64,000 nt of DNA from Lachnospiraceae bacterium (GCA_021203465.1 JAJQBC010000005.1:7866-71865), one strand, 5' to 3'; positions 52,616 to 62,214 are shown, counted from the first letter of the stretch. Notes: generated by a model from the letters alone, not told the origin. Translations and numbers: made by a program.

Positions 52616-53599
52616 TCAGTCCCCAAACCAGGCCTCATATACCTCAAAAAAGCTGTCCGTAGTCACGCTGTCATAGTCCTCGAACACGACCTTCTCCCAG
52701 AGCGCATCCTGAAACTCGGAGATCGTGTCGGCCATCAATTCTGAATATATTTCCTGAAAGCGGGTCGTGCGCTGCTGCTGCGCGACCTTTTCTTTATTTT
52801 CCTCGGATTCTTCTTCAAGATAAGTGCTCGTGCATTTCAGGATGTAATAGCTGTCGCCGGAAGCAAAGACCTCGCTCACCTCGCCGTTGTCCAGCGAAAA
52901 GGCAACCTCCTCGTACTCCTCGTCCATATCTCCGCGCGCAATCGTCAGCGTAATCTTCGATGATTTTGAATAATTCGAGGCAAGGCTCTCGAAGTCCTCC
53001 CCCTCGTCCAGACGGATTTTCAGCTCGTTCGCGAGCGTCTCCTCCACGACATAGATCTGCTGGATCTCGATGATCCGCGCCTCGTCGTCGCTGATCTCCA
53101 CCGCCGCATCTTCCGTGATCTGCTCATAGGCCTGCCGTGCGAGACAGTAATCCTCATACATGCCCGCTATCAGCTCCTGATCAACGCCCAGCACCTCGAT
53201 CTCCTCCGCGTCAAGAGAAGTATAGTACTCCGCCCCCGCCGATGCAGCCAGCGCCGCATTCTCCTCCGAGAGCTCCACCTCCTGCTGCCCGGCCAGATAG
53301 ACCATACTTTTCACCTGTGCAAGCTGAGAGACAACCTGACTCTTCAGATATTCCTCCAGCGTCTCGTCACCGATCTCATACTCCCACATCCCGATCCCGT
53401 AGGTCGTCTCATACTGATTTTTCTGATTGCACAGGTAGACCAGCGCTTCCGGCAACATACAGGAGACCTCCCCGATGCGGAACAGCTCATCGGACGCCAG
53501 CCCGGTAGTCAACACGATCTTTGTATTTTCACAGCCGCCAAGGGCCAGCGCGAGCGACAACAGCAGCGCCAACATGCGGATTTTCCTCATATTCATCAC
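52616..53599 (-). CDS. PrsA-like foldase lipoprotein (PpiC-type parvulin domain)
   Basis: Lipobox LALALGGC, a SurA-N-like helical domain, and a parvulin-like segment (IIEIQQIYV...LANELKIRLDEGEDFESLASNYS...GEVSEVFASGDSYYILKC). Confidence 0.75.
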   Translation of the reverse strand: MMNMRKIRMLALLLSLALALGGCENTKIVLTTGLASDELFRIGEVSCMLPEALVYLCNQKNQYETTYGIGMWEYEIGDETLEEYLKSQVVSQLAQVKSMVYLAGQQEVELSEENAALAASAGAEYYTSLDAEEIEVLGVDQELIAGMYEDYCLARQAYEQITEDAAVEISDDEARIIEIQQIYVVEETLANELKIRLDEGEDFESLASNYSKSSKITLTIARGDMDEEYEEVAFSLDNGEVSEVFASGDSYYILKCTSTYLEEESEENKEKVAQQQRTTRFQEIYSELMADTISEFQDALWEKVVFEDYDSVTTDSFFEVYEAWFGD

Positions 53600-53670
53600 C
53601 TGTCTGTTATCATAACGAAAAATACAGGTTTCCGCAAGGGGGCGGGGAAATTTTGCGGGACAACGTCCGT

Positions 53671-54606
53671 CTACGCGTGCAGTCTCCGTATAATCTTATA
53701 CACGATCTCGCTCTCCGTCACCAGCGGCCGATGGTGCGCGAAGAAAACGATGCCGTTCGTCGGCGCCGCGATCTGCTCGGTGACATAGCCCTCGTAAGGG
53801 TGCAGAACCTCCGCCATGATCTCGCCGCGGACCACCTCGTCGCCGGGATTTTTCAGGCGACGGTAGATACCGCCGGAGGCCGTGCGGACAACCAGCATCT
53901 CCTCTTCTTTTACCACACTGGAAATATAGCCGCCGTGGCAGTCGTAGCGCAGGATGCCCATCCTTGTGAGAAAGCGCAGCACAGCGGACACCGCCTGACG
54001 TGCCGACTCCTCGTCGATGTCGTCAGTCTCCTTCGTGTAGAGGGAGAAAGCGTTCGTTTCCCAGATCTGCCAGTTATAGTTCAGCGTCGTCGTGTCGATC
54101 GGATGCGGCTTCCGAATCACTACATAGGGCAGGCCGAAAAGATTCGCGAGGCTGGCGTTCTGGTAACCGGTCTCCATCATCCGCACATGCGGCATGAAGT
54201 CGCCCGGCAGATAAAAGCTCGCAAACTGGATGCCGTAGGCGTACTTCTGCACCTCGTCAAAGAGTCCCGCCGCGACGCGCTGCGTCGTCTCACCGCGGTC
54301 ATAGCCGGGAAACATACGGTTGATATCCGTATTGTCCGAGGGCCAGAAGCGTTTTCCGATGTTCATCGAGGAGCGGTTCACCGAAGGAATCACCATAATC
54401 TCATTGCCCGCGGCGATGTGTCCGTGCTCCTCCAGTTCTCCCAGAATGCGCACGAGCTGCGAGCAGATATAGAGCTGCTGTACCTCATTCCCTCGGATCG
54501 CGCCGACGATGCAGGCGCTCTTCTCCCCTTTTCCAAACACGTATCCTGTAATATCCATATTCTCCCGGTAGGGAGCTTTCAGCGAATAAATACTCTCTTT
54601 TCTCAT
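53671..54606 (-). CDS. succinylglutamate desuccinylase/aspartoacylase (M14-like) paralog with an altered zinc motif
   Basis: It is colinear with the upstream paralog, but the HxxE zinc motif reads IRGNEVQQ (Arg in place of His). Confidence 0.75.
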   Translation of the reverse strand: MRKESIYSLKAPYRENMDITGYVFGKGEKSACIVGAIRGNEVQQLYICSQLVRILGELEEHGHIAAGNEIMVIPSVNRSSMNIGKRFWPSDNTDINRMFPGYDRGETTQRVAAGLFDEVQKYAYGIQFASFYLPGDFMPHVRMMETGYQNASLANLFGLPYVVIRKPHPIDTTTLNYNWQIWETNAFSLYTKETDDIDEESARQAVSAVLRFLTRMGILRYDCHGGYISSVVKEEEMLVVRTASGGIYRRLKNPGDEVVRGEIMAEVLHPYEGYVTEQIAAPTNGIVFFAHHRPLVTESEIVYKIIRRLHA

Positions 54607-55544
54607 GCCTCTACGCCTCCCAGTATCCGGGCCAGCAAGGAACCCTCATACACGACCGGATATTCCCGGATCGTGAATACCTTGCCGGAGACGCAGGCCT
54701 CCACGCGGCTTAAGACCTCGCCGGTCAGCGGACTTAAAATGTCGCCGATATGCTCGCCTTCCCGCACGATCGCACCGTGCTCCACCGCCGGGACGAAGAC
54801 GCCGGAAGCCTCCGCGTTCAGAAAGCCCACCTTATGATCCTGCGAAATAATCGGCTCCTTCACCTCGCCGAAGGTGTCGCCATCCCAGATTTCCATATTC
54901 TTCATCAGATGGAAAATGCCGGTGATCAGCTGTGCACAGTATTTCTTTGTGATACGCATGCCGACGCCCATCTCGACGACAAGCGTCGGGACGCCGACGC
55001 TGTTCAGGCTGTGCGCCAACGTCGACTCAAGCACGGTCGCCGCCGCGTGAATCCAGATCAGATCGACATTCAGTTTTTTCGCGTAGGGCACCAGCGTTTC
55101 CGCCATATTTTCATTAATCCGCACCTGCGGGATCTCCATCAGGAAAATATTGCTCGCGTGAATGTCGATACACAGATCTGAACCCTTCAGATCCTCGATC
55201 ACATGGTAAGCCAGATTTTCCGCCATCGGCCCCTTGTCCGAACCCGGAAAAATGCGGTTCATATCGAGGTCAAACATCGGGATTCCGCGGCTGATCGAGT
55301 CAATGCCGAGCGGGTTGAGCGCCGGATAAATATCCACGATGCCCTTTAAATGCTGCCGATTTTCCCTGATAATCCGGTTCAGCTCATAGCAGACATACTG
55401 TCCCTCCAGCTCGTCACCGTGCGTGCCGGTCACGATGGAGATGCGCTTCTCCTTCCCGGTCGTATGCTCCGGCGTCAGCCGGTTTTTCTGAATCCGCAGC
55501 CGCTCGTCCACCGGGAGCTCTACGGATGCCACATCCATAATCAT
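54603..55544 (-). CDS. succinylglutamate desuccinylase/aspartoacylase-family zinc deacylase
   Basis: IVTGTHGDELEGQYV (HxxE zinc motif) and IDIHAS (second His), 313 aa. Confidence 0.8.
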   Translation of the reverse strand: MIMDVASVELPVDERLRIQKNRLTPEHTTGKEKRISIVTGTHGDELEGQYVCYELNRIIRENRQHLKGIVDIYPALNPLGIDSISRGIPMFDLDMNRIFPGSDKGPMAENLAYHVIEDLKGSDLCIDIHASNIFLMEIPQVRINENMAETLVPYAKKLNVDLIWIHAAATVLESTLAHSLNSVGVPTLVVEMGVGMRITKKYCAQLITGIFHLMKNMEIWDGDTFGEVKEPIISQDHKVGFLNAEASGVFVPAVEHGAIVREGEHIGDILSPLTGEVLSRVEACVSGKVFTIREYPVVYEGSLLARILGGVEA

Positions 55545-56314
55545 TGTTCTTCCACCTTTACATGTACCTGCTGCGCCTGCGACGCGTCACCTTTGAGCAC
55601 GCCCCGCTCCACCGGGCAGTCCTGGTAATCCCGCCCCTGCGCAATCCGGATATAATCGTCCGTCGCCACACGATCGTTGGTCGCGTCCAGTCCTATCCAG
55701 CGCCCGTCCGCGTAAATCTCCGTCCACGCATGACTCGCGCCCTCCCCGAGCATCAAACCTGAAACATAGCGCGCGGGAATCCCGTCCCGCCTGCAGAGCG
55801 CGATCAGAATATGAGCATAGTCCTGGCACACACCGCCGCCCGCGCGGAAAGCCTCCGCCGCCGTCGTGCGCACATCCGTGCTGCCCTTTCTGTAGGAAAA
55901 ATGCCCATACAGGCCGTGCATCAGACAGACTGCCCTCGGAAAGACGGACGCCTCCGAGGGATAAAGTTTCTGATAAAGCTGTTCCAGACCCTCATCCATC
56001 GCGGTGAGCGGGCTTTTTCTGCGGTAAAGCGGATGCAGCGCCTCCGGCAGGCCCTCCGCGTAGGAGACCTGTGCGACACCTGTCGTCCGGTATGAGAAAG
56101 CCTCATGGCTCTCCCGGATATCGCCCACGAAGATCAGATTGCCAAAGCCGTCCCTCTGCCGCGCCAGATGCGCCGCGGGCCGAACCTCGTAGTCCAGCTC
56201 CCCAATCGTCTGCACCGCGCTGCTCTCCGGCACAAAACGTAGCACAAAATAGTGCTCCGTCACCGGCCGGCCGAACTGCAGCTCCATCTCATATGAAAAA
56301 TGTAATCGCTTCAT
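55541..56314 (-). CDS. transglutaminase-like cysteine protease-fold protein
   Basis: GGGVCQDYAHILIALCRRDGIPARYVSG (Cys), SHAWTEIY (His), GLDATN (Asp). Confidence 0.85.
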   Translation of the reverse strand: MKRLHFSYEMELQFGRPVTEHYFVLRFVPESSAVQTIGELDYEVRPAAHLARQRDGFGNLIFVGDIRESHEAFSYRTTGVAQVSYAEGLPEALHPLYRRKSPLTAMDEGLEQLYQKLYPSEASVFPRAVCLMHGLYGHFSYRKGSTDVRTTAAEAFRAGGGVCQDYAHILIALCRRDGIPARYVSGLMLGEGASHAWTEIYADGRWIGLDATNDRVATDDYIRIAQGRDYQDCPVERGVLKGDASQAQQVHVKVEEQ

Positions 56315-56316
56315 GC

Positions 56317-56997
56317 TTACAGCATTTCAAGAATCGAGCCGAGCGCGGTGAGCGCCTCCTGCCGCTGTTCCTTCCATGCCTCTCCTTTTCCGATGATTTC
56401 CCCCAGCCGCGCAAGCGCGATCAGGTTGTACTCCACATGAAGCTTCGAGACTCTGGCGCGCAGGCGGCAGAACTCCCGTTCCACCAAAGGCAGGGGCATG
56501 TCGAGACGCAGATAGAGATCGAGACGCTCGCAGAGCTTGCCCGCCTTCAGAATATTTCTCTCGTCTTCATCCTCCACGTAGTCCTCGACGCTGCCCCAGA
56601 AGGCAAAGAGATAATCGGTCAACGGCTGCAGAGACCACAGCGGAGTTCTGGAATCCTTGCTCGATTTTAGCACATCCAGCGACATATGTATATAGGCGAG
56701 CGCCTCGGAACTTAAGATTTGCCGCAGCAGAATCGCGTTGTCATAGGCCCGCAGAAGATTCGAGAGCAGGGAATCCGGATTCTTCTCATCGAAGAGATAA
56801 CGTCGGATAAAATCCTCCTTCGAGACATAAATGTTCGGAATCGCCAGACGCTCGCAGTAATCGTCGTAGCCGAAATCACTGCTGTCGATCATCTGGTCGT
56901 ATATTTTTTCAAAAACCTGCAGCGTCGTGAAGACGCGCTCCGTATAGCGTCCGAGCCAGTAGAGCTCGTCGATCGTTTCTATCGAGACAGCACCCAT
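56317..56997 (-). CDS. alpha-E domain protein (DUF403-like)
   Basis: ELYWLGRYTERVFTTL is the hallmark N-terminal motif. The protein is all-helical and, at 226 aa, shorter than the roughly 300 aa I remember as typical. Confidence 0.75.
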   Translation of the reverse strand: MGAVSIETIDELYWLGRYTERVFTTLQVFEKIYDQMIDSSDFGYDDYCERLAIPNIYVSKEDFIRRYLFDEKNPDSLLSNLLRAYDNAILLRQILSSEALAYIHMSLDVLKSSKDSRTPLWSLQPLTDYLFAFWGSVEDYVEDEDERNILKAGKLCERLDLYLRLDMPLPLVEREFCRLRARVSKLHVEYNLIALARLGEIIGKGEAWKEQRQEALTALGSILEML

Positions 56998-58301
56998 GTG
57001 TCCTTGAAACCTTCTCCCTGCGATGAATTGACGACGAAGGACTTCGGATCCCTGGTAAAGCGGGTCAGACCACTCGCCCAGACCTTCGTCTCCTTTCCTG
57101 ACAATACGAAAGCGCGAAGGTCGGCCTTGCGCTCGACAATCTTCCCCTCGTCCATGATCTCCAGATCCATGAAATCGATGACCTCCTGCGCGATGAAGCG
57201 GCGGCTCTCCCGCTCAATGAGCGCGCGCATTTCGGCAAGCCGCTCCTCAGACAGATCGCGCCCGAAGATCACGCCGTAGCCGCCGGCCTCCGCCACGTCC
57301 TTCACAACGAGCTTCGGCAGATTCTCCAGCACATACTTCCGGTCCTCCTCATAGAAGGGCAGATAGGTCGGCGCATTCTTCAGAATCGGCTCCTCATCGA
57401 GGTAATAGCGAATCATCTTCGGCACAAAATAGTAGATGCCCTTATCGTCGGCCACGCCGTTGCCCGGAGCGTTGACGATCGCCACATTCCCGGCGCGATA
57501 GGCCGCCATCAGATTTGGCACGCCGATCAACGACTCTGGCAGGAAGGTCGTCGGGTCGAGATACTCGTCGGAGAGACGGCGGTAGAGCACGCCCACCCGC
57601 TGCCGCTCACTGCGGTAATCCTTGTAATAGAGGACATTGTCCTCGACGAAGAGCTCGTTGCAGGTCGCCAGCACGCTGTGCGTCCGCTCCGCGAGATAGG
57701 AATGCTCGAAGTAGGCGGCGTTATAGCGGCCCGGCGTCATGATCACGGCAATGCCGCCGCAGTTTACATGCTCCATCGTCTCGCTTAAGAGCTCCGCATA
57801 ATTCCGGTTGTCGACGACCGCATTCCGGCGGAAGGTATTCGGGCTCGCCCTGCGGCTCATCTCCCGCGCGATCAGCGGATAGGACGCGCCCGAGGGAATC
57901 CTGAGGTTGTCCTCCAGAATATACCAGATACCGTCCTTGCCCTTCACCAGATCGATGCCGGAAATATGGCTGTAGATGCCTTTCGGCGGGCAGATGCCCT
58001 CGCACTGCGGCAGATAGCCCGACGAGGCAAAGACAAAGTCCTCCGGGATCACGCCGTCCTTCACAATCTGCTTTTCCCCGTAGACGTCGCGCAGAAAGGC
58101 ATTCAGGGCGTCCACCCGCTGAATCAGACCCTTCTCGAGATACGCGAACTCGTCCTTCATGATGACACGCGGAATCGCATCGTAGGGAAACAGCTGCTCT
58201 TTGAAGGTGCCGTTCTTATAGATACCGAAGCGGACGCCGTAGCGCGCCAGCAGGCGGTTCATACTGTCCGCATGGTCCAACAGTTCATACATATTCATCA
58301 C
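56979..58301 (-). CDS. circularly permuted ATP-grasp protein (type 2, DUF404/DUF407-like)
   Basis: 440 aa. The motif run (GIDLVKGKDGIWYILEDNLRIPSG, VLYRRLSDEYLDP, NAPGNGVADDKGIYYFVP) and the conserved partnership with alpha-E and transglutaminase genes support the call. Confidence 0.8.
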   Translation of the reverse strand: MMNMYELLDHADSMNRLLARYGVRFGIYKNGTFKEQLFPYDAIPRVIMKDEFAYLEKGLIQRVDALNAFLRDVYGEKQIVKDGVIPEDFVFASSGYLPQCEGICPPKGIYSHISGIDLVKGKDGIWYILEDNLRIPSGASYPLIAREMSRRASPNTFRRNAVVDNRNYAELLSETMEHVNCGGIAVIMTPGRYNAAYFEHSYLAERTHSVLATCNELFVEDNVLYYKDYRSERQRVGVLYRRLSDEYLDPTTFLPESLIGVPNLMAAYRAGNVAIVNAPGNGVADDKGIYYFVPKMIRYYLDEEPILKNAPTYLPFYEEDRKYVLENLPKLVVKDVAEAGGYGVIFGRDLSEERLAEMRALIERESRRFIAQEVIDFMDLEIMDEGKIVERKADLRAFVLSGKETKVWASGLTRFTRDPKSFVVNSSQGEGFKDTWVLSR

Positions 58302-58322
58302 CCCTCGCTATACACTTCACGT

Positions 58323-58353
58323 AAAAAAGGCGTCCTCTGTTTCCAGGGACGCC
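58323..58353 (-). terminator. terminator-like hairpin inside the short leader of the ATP-grasp operon
   Basis: Minus strand reads GGCGTCC-CTGGAAACAGA-GGACGCC followed by TTTTTT. It lies between the predicted -10 and the ATG. Confidence 0.45.
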
Positions 58354-58371
58354 CTTGTCACTACACAAAAT

Positions 58372-58400
58372 ATCTTACAACCGAATTATGATATTGTCAA
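58372..58400 (-). promoter_or_regulatory. candidate promoter of the ATP-grasp operon
   Basis: Minus strand reads TTGACA, a 17-nt spacer, then TAAGAT. Confidence 0.5.
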
Positions 58401-58598
58401 CTGATTTTCATTCCGACTGGAATTGCCTTTCCCTCTTCAATCTGGTGTTGAGTTCCATTAAGAAAGGATCAGCCGCCTCCTTCTTACGCACGCCGAAAGG
58501 GCTTAAAGTTCATTTTCACCATGCTTTTAATCTCATTTGCCAACCGTCGAAACGATTCCCGCTTCTCAGACTTCATACTCATTTTCGAAACCGGAAAG

Positions 58599-61472
58599 TC
58601 ATCCTCCCATACTCCGGATTTTCTTCCGATGCCGCAGAAAGATATGCAGGAGCGCCGCGCTGTCCATAAGGAGACATCCGGCGGTCGTGAATGGCAGCGT
58701 GCCGACGCCGCCGGTAAGGGGCAGCTCCACCATACCATCGTTGACGATGCGGTAATCAGAGGCGCTGCTCCACTGTGTCTCCTGCCCGTCCTCGTCCGTA
58801 ACCGTCACAGTCACAACGTCGTAAGCCACGGTCACTGTATACGTCTCGCTGCCTGCAGTATAGCCTTCCGGAGCCATGGTCTCCGTCAGAATATAACTGT
58901 GGCCGGAGGGAATCCCGGAAAAGCTGACGAAGCCATTCTCGTCCGAAGTCGCCGTCCTGTCCTCCAGAACCACGCTCGCGGTATCATCTCCCCTGCAGTA
59001 ACCGCAGGCGTCTGCGTCGTGGCTCAGTGTGAAGACCGCGCCGGTCAGGGGACTGCTGAACTGGTCGACCTTCTGGAAGCTCAGCTCCCCGAGATAGCCC
59101 TGCACCGTCGGAACAGGGAAGGCGAGGCTTTTCTCCTCTGAAAACGTCGTCACTCCGCCCACCGTCGTCACCGTCCGGTAGGTGAGGGAAGCGGCTCCAT
59201 TAGTGGCATAGGTCGTTCCCTCTGCAAAACCCTGCGCTTCATTCTGCAGGCGCACCCGATAGGTCAGCATATAGGTGTAGCTCGTCGTGCTCCCGCTGAC
59301 CGAAGTCGTATAACCGGAATTTTTCAGATCCCAGCTGATGGAGCTGTCAGACGAAGCGTAGGAGGCGGTGTTTTCCCCATTTTCCACGCTGCTTCCGATC
59401 AGACTGTCGTTCGGTTCGTAGACCTGCAGTGTATCGCCGCTGTCATAGAATCCCAGAAATTCCACCGTCGTATCGCTTCCGCCGGAAATGGTCGGCAGCG
59501 GGTCGGAGACCGTCCACTGTGCCTGAGCGCTCTGTTCATTCATGCTCTGGATTTCCTGAAAAATCGATTCATAGGCCGCTTTCAGGCTGGCCTCGTCCGT
59601 GCTGTCATAATAATAGCCGGAACCGATGCCCGTCGTGGCCGTTCCCCGCAGCCAGCTTTTGAAGGACTCCGCATTGTTGGCGCTGCCGATCTCATAGGTA
59701 TCGCTCGTGCGGTCGATCACAATGGTATTATTCACCTTTTCCGGCTCGTAGCCCGTGATGGTCTGGCCTCCCACGTCGACGCCAATCGAGAAAATACTGA
59801 CGCCGCTCGCCTTGATCGCGGTCGCCATTTCCCTCGCGCGAATCGCCGCCTTGTCGCTGTAGCTGGTTCCGTTGCATTCCTTATTATTTAACCCGTCATA
59901 GAAATAACCATCCGTACCCTGCGTCTTTGTAAGCCCGCTGTAATCCGGATTCCAGTCCGCGTTCATATAGGGGTTCCAGCCGGTGTAGCCGCTCTTGATA
60001 TAGGTCGTCGGAAAGCCGTCGCTGAGGAAAATAATATATTTATTCTCATTTTCCGCATCGGCCAGCATATCCGCCGCCATTTTGAGCCCCGCCTCCACGT
60101 TCGTAAAGCGTTTGGTCAAATAGTAATTATTCGAGCTGCTGTTCGGCGTATACTGCTGGATGATATTCCCTGTTTCCATGCGCATCTCGTTTTTCAGGCT
60201 CACGGCCTGTGTTTCCGTCGAACAGCCGGTCAGATCAAAGATTTCCGTCGCGTCGGAATTGAAGGCGACAAAGCCCAGCTGGGAGACGCCGTTACTCACG
60301 CCCGCAAACTGGTCGATGAAATTCTCCGCCGCGCTCATCGCCGCCTCGTAGCGGGTCGTGCTGCCATAGGTCTTTGTCATGGTATTGGAAATGTCCATCA
60401 CGATGACGACCGCCATATCAGGCTCCTCATAAAGCTCTGCGATATTCGTGGTCGTGGTAACCTCCAGCGTGATGTCAAAAACATTCTCCGTATCCGTGCC
60501 CGCGATGGTCTTGCTGAGCGTCACGCTGCCGTCATCGGAGGAGCTGCTCCCGCCCGCATCCGCGATCTGCACTGCCGAGGCTCCTGCAGCAGCTAAACTC
60601 CTGCGCAGGCGCGACACGGAGAGAGGTTCCGATTGCGCGCCCTGCTCTTCTTCCAGTTCCGCCAGCACCGTGCTCCAGTAGGAAAAATAGCCGCTGTCCG
60701 CCAGCGCCTGAATCGCCGCCGGATCGCCGGGTTCGGCCTCGAGTGCTGCCGCCTCATCCTCCGTAGAGGCATCGGCAATTTCCTCACCGGAAGAACCGTC
60801 GGCCGTCTCTTCTCCGTCAGCTGTCTCCTCAGCAGCAGGCTCTTCATCGCCAGCCTCCACGGCAATAGCTTCTTCATCAACTGTCTCCATGGCTGCCGTT
60901 CCCTCCTCCGCCGTCCCGGAAGGTTCCCCGGCGGCAGTTTCCATGGCAGCGTTTTCATCTCCGGCTGCTTCCGCATCGACATCCGCAACACTGTCCGCTC
61001 CTGTCTCAGCAACATCCGTATCGACACTTTCTGCATTGGAATCCGCATCCTGCAGGCACTCCTCTGTGTGGACATGCTCTGTCAGGCCGCAGATGAGCTG
61101 CTCCCCGTAACAGGCGTCTGTATGCGTATGACCTGCCGACGCTTCAGCCTCCTCCTGTCCGCAGACTAGTACCTGCTCTGTCTCATAGCATTCCTCTGTA
61201 TGGCTGTGTCCTTCGCTTTCCTCGAAGCCGCAGACCAGCACCCGCTCATAGCAGTCCTCCGTATGGCTGTGCTCTTCCAGATCGCAGGAGTACGCCTGTT
61301 CCTGCGCCGTACCGATCAGCCGGAACTGCCAGCTGGCGCTGCCTGTCAGAATCAGCACCAGAGTCATCAGCACCGCGCCCAGCCTTCGTCCCACGCTGTG
61401 CTTCCATGTGAATTTCCCCTCTTCTTTATTCCTCAGATTCTGCATCCTGTCACCTTCCATCTCTCTGCTCAT
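58599..61472 (-). CDS. pilus tip adhesin with a vWA domain and LPXTG sorting signal
   Basis: MIDAS-like VIVMDISNTMT, CnaB-like C-terminal domains (YILTETMAPEGY), and LPLTG followed by a hydrophobic stretch and RHRKK. An alternative start is ATG 61445 (MQNLRNK). Confidence 0.8.
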   Translation of the reverse strand: MSREMEGDRMQNLRNKEEGKFTWKHSVGRRLGAVLMTLVLILTGSASWQFRLIGTAQEQAYSCDLEEHSHTEDCYERVLVCGFEESEGHSHTEECYETEQVLVCGQEEAEASAGHTHTDACYGEQLICGLTEHVHTEECLQDADSNAESVDTDVAETGADSVADVDAEAAGDENAAMETAAGEPSGTAEEGTAAMETVDEEAIAVEAGDEEPAAEETADGEETADGSSGEEIADASTEDEAAALEAEPGDPAAIQALADSGYFSYWSTVLAELEEEQGAQSEPLSVSRLRRSLAAAGASAVQIADAGGSSSSDDGSVTLSKTIAGTDTENVFDITLEVTTTTNIAELYEEPDMAVVIVMDISNTMTKTYGSTTRYEAAMSAAENFIDQFAGVSNGVSQLGFVAFNSDATEIFDLTGCSTETQAVSLKNEMRMETGNIIQQYTPNSSSNNYYLTKRFTNVEAGLKMAADMLADAENENKYIIFLSDGFPTTYIKSGYTGWNPYMNADWNPDYSGLTKTQGTDGYFYDGLNNKECNGTSYSDKAAIRAREMATAIKASGVSIFSIGVDVGGQTITGYEPEKVNNTIVIDRTSDTYEIGSANNAESFKSWLRGTATTGIGSGYYYDSTDEASLKAAYESIFQEIQSMNEQSAQAQWTVSDPLPTISGGSDTTVEFLGFYDSGDTLQVYEPNDSLIGSSVENGENTASYASSDSSISWDLKNSGYTTSVSGSTTSYTYMLTYRVRLQNEAQGFAEGTTYATNGAASLTYRTVTTVGGVTTFSEEKSLAFPVPTVQGYLGELSFQKVDQFSSPLTGAVFTLSHDADACGYCRGDDTASVVLEDRTATSDENGFVSFSGIPSGHSYILTETMAPEGYTAGSETYTVTVAYDVVTVTVTDEDGQETQWSSASDYRIVNDGMVELPLTGGVGTLPFTTAGCLLMDSAALLHIFLRHRKKIRSMGG

Positions 61473-62214
61473 TTCCGCTGTATCTTCTCAGAAGCCAGAC
61501 GAACAGCATGAGCAGCAGGCTCCCCATTGCCAGCACGAGAACCGACCGAACCGACTGGCCGGTCTGGGGCGAGGCAACGGCAATGACAGTCGTGGATTCT
61601 GAAGATGTCCCCTCGGATTCTCCCGAATCGCCTGACGTATTGCGATACTCCGGCGGCTTCCCGGGCGTCACGACACCCACCTTCGGGCTGGCGTCCACCT
61701 CATAGCTCCATACGCTCCCATCTTCCTTCCCTTCCTCCATGGGAACGGTTACGATGAAGGGACTGAAGGTTTCGCTGCGCGCGGACGCGCCGGTCTGCGC
61801 AAGCAGATACAGTCCCAGCGTCAGATCCGGAAAGCACAGCGTACCGTCACTCCCCACGCCCTTGCTGACTCCACTGACGGACTGCTTCCGCACATAGGCC
61901 ACCAGCGTCGTTGGCAGAGAAGTATCCTCCACTTCCAGCGCTGTATCGCAGCCGCCAAAAGCGGGCATATAGCGCCAGGCCATGTTGCCGTCATCCAGAT
62001 ACAACTCCGCCACCTGATAGAGCGTGACGACTCCGCCTGATACGGTTTTCCCGTCCGCGGTCTTCAGCGTCAGCGAGATCGTCCCGGTTCTGGTGAAATC
62101 CAACTCTGCACCGGAAGCGGCGCATGCAGGCAAATCCACGCAGCAGAGCAGCGCTGCGCCCAGCAGAGCCGCCAGCGTCCTTCCCGTAAATATCCTGAAA
62201 GCTCTCATCATCAT
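61450..62214 (-). CDS. minor (basal?) pilin with an SPQTG sorting signal
   Basis: Start at MMMRAFRIF (62214, forming an ATGA overlap with the srtC stop), a signal peptide, one CnaB-like domain (LGLYLLAQTGA), and SPQTG followed by a hydrophobic stretch and RR. Confidence 0.7.
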   Translation of the reverse strand: MMMRAFRIFTGRTLAALLGAALLCCVDLPACAASGAELDFTRTGTISLTLKTADGKTVSGGVVTLYQVAELYLDDGNMAWRYMPAFGGCDTALEVEDTSLPTTLVAYVRKQSVSGVSKGVGSDGTLCFPDLTLGLYLLAQTGASARSETFSPFIVTVPMEEGKEDGSVWSYEVDASPKVGVVTPGKPPEYRNTSGDSGESEGTSSESTTVIAVASPQTGQSVRSVLVLAMGSLLLMLFVWLLRRYSGNEQRDGR

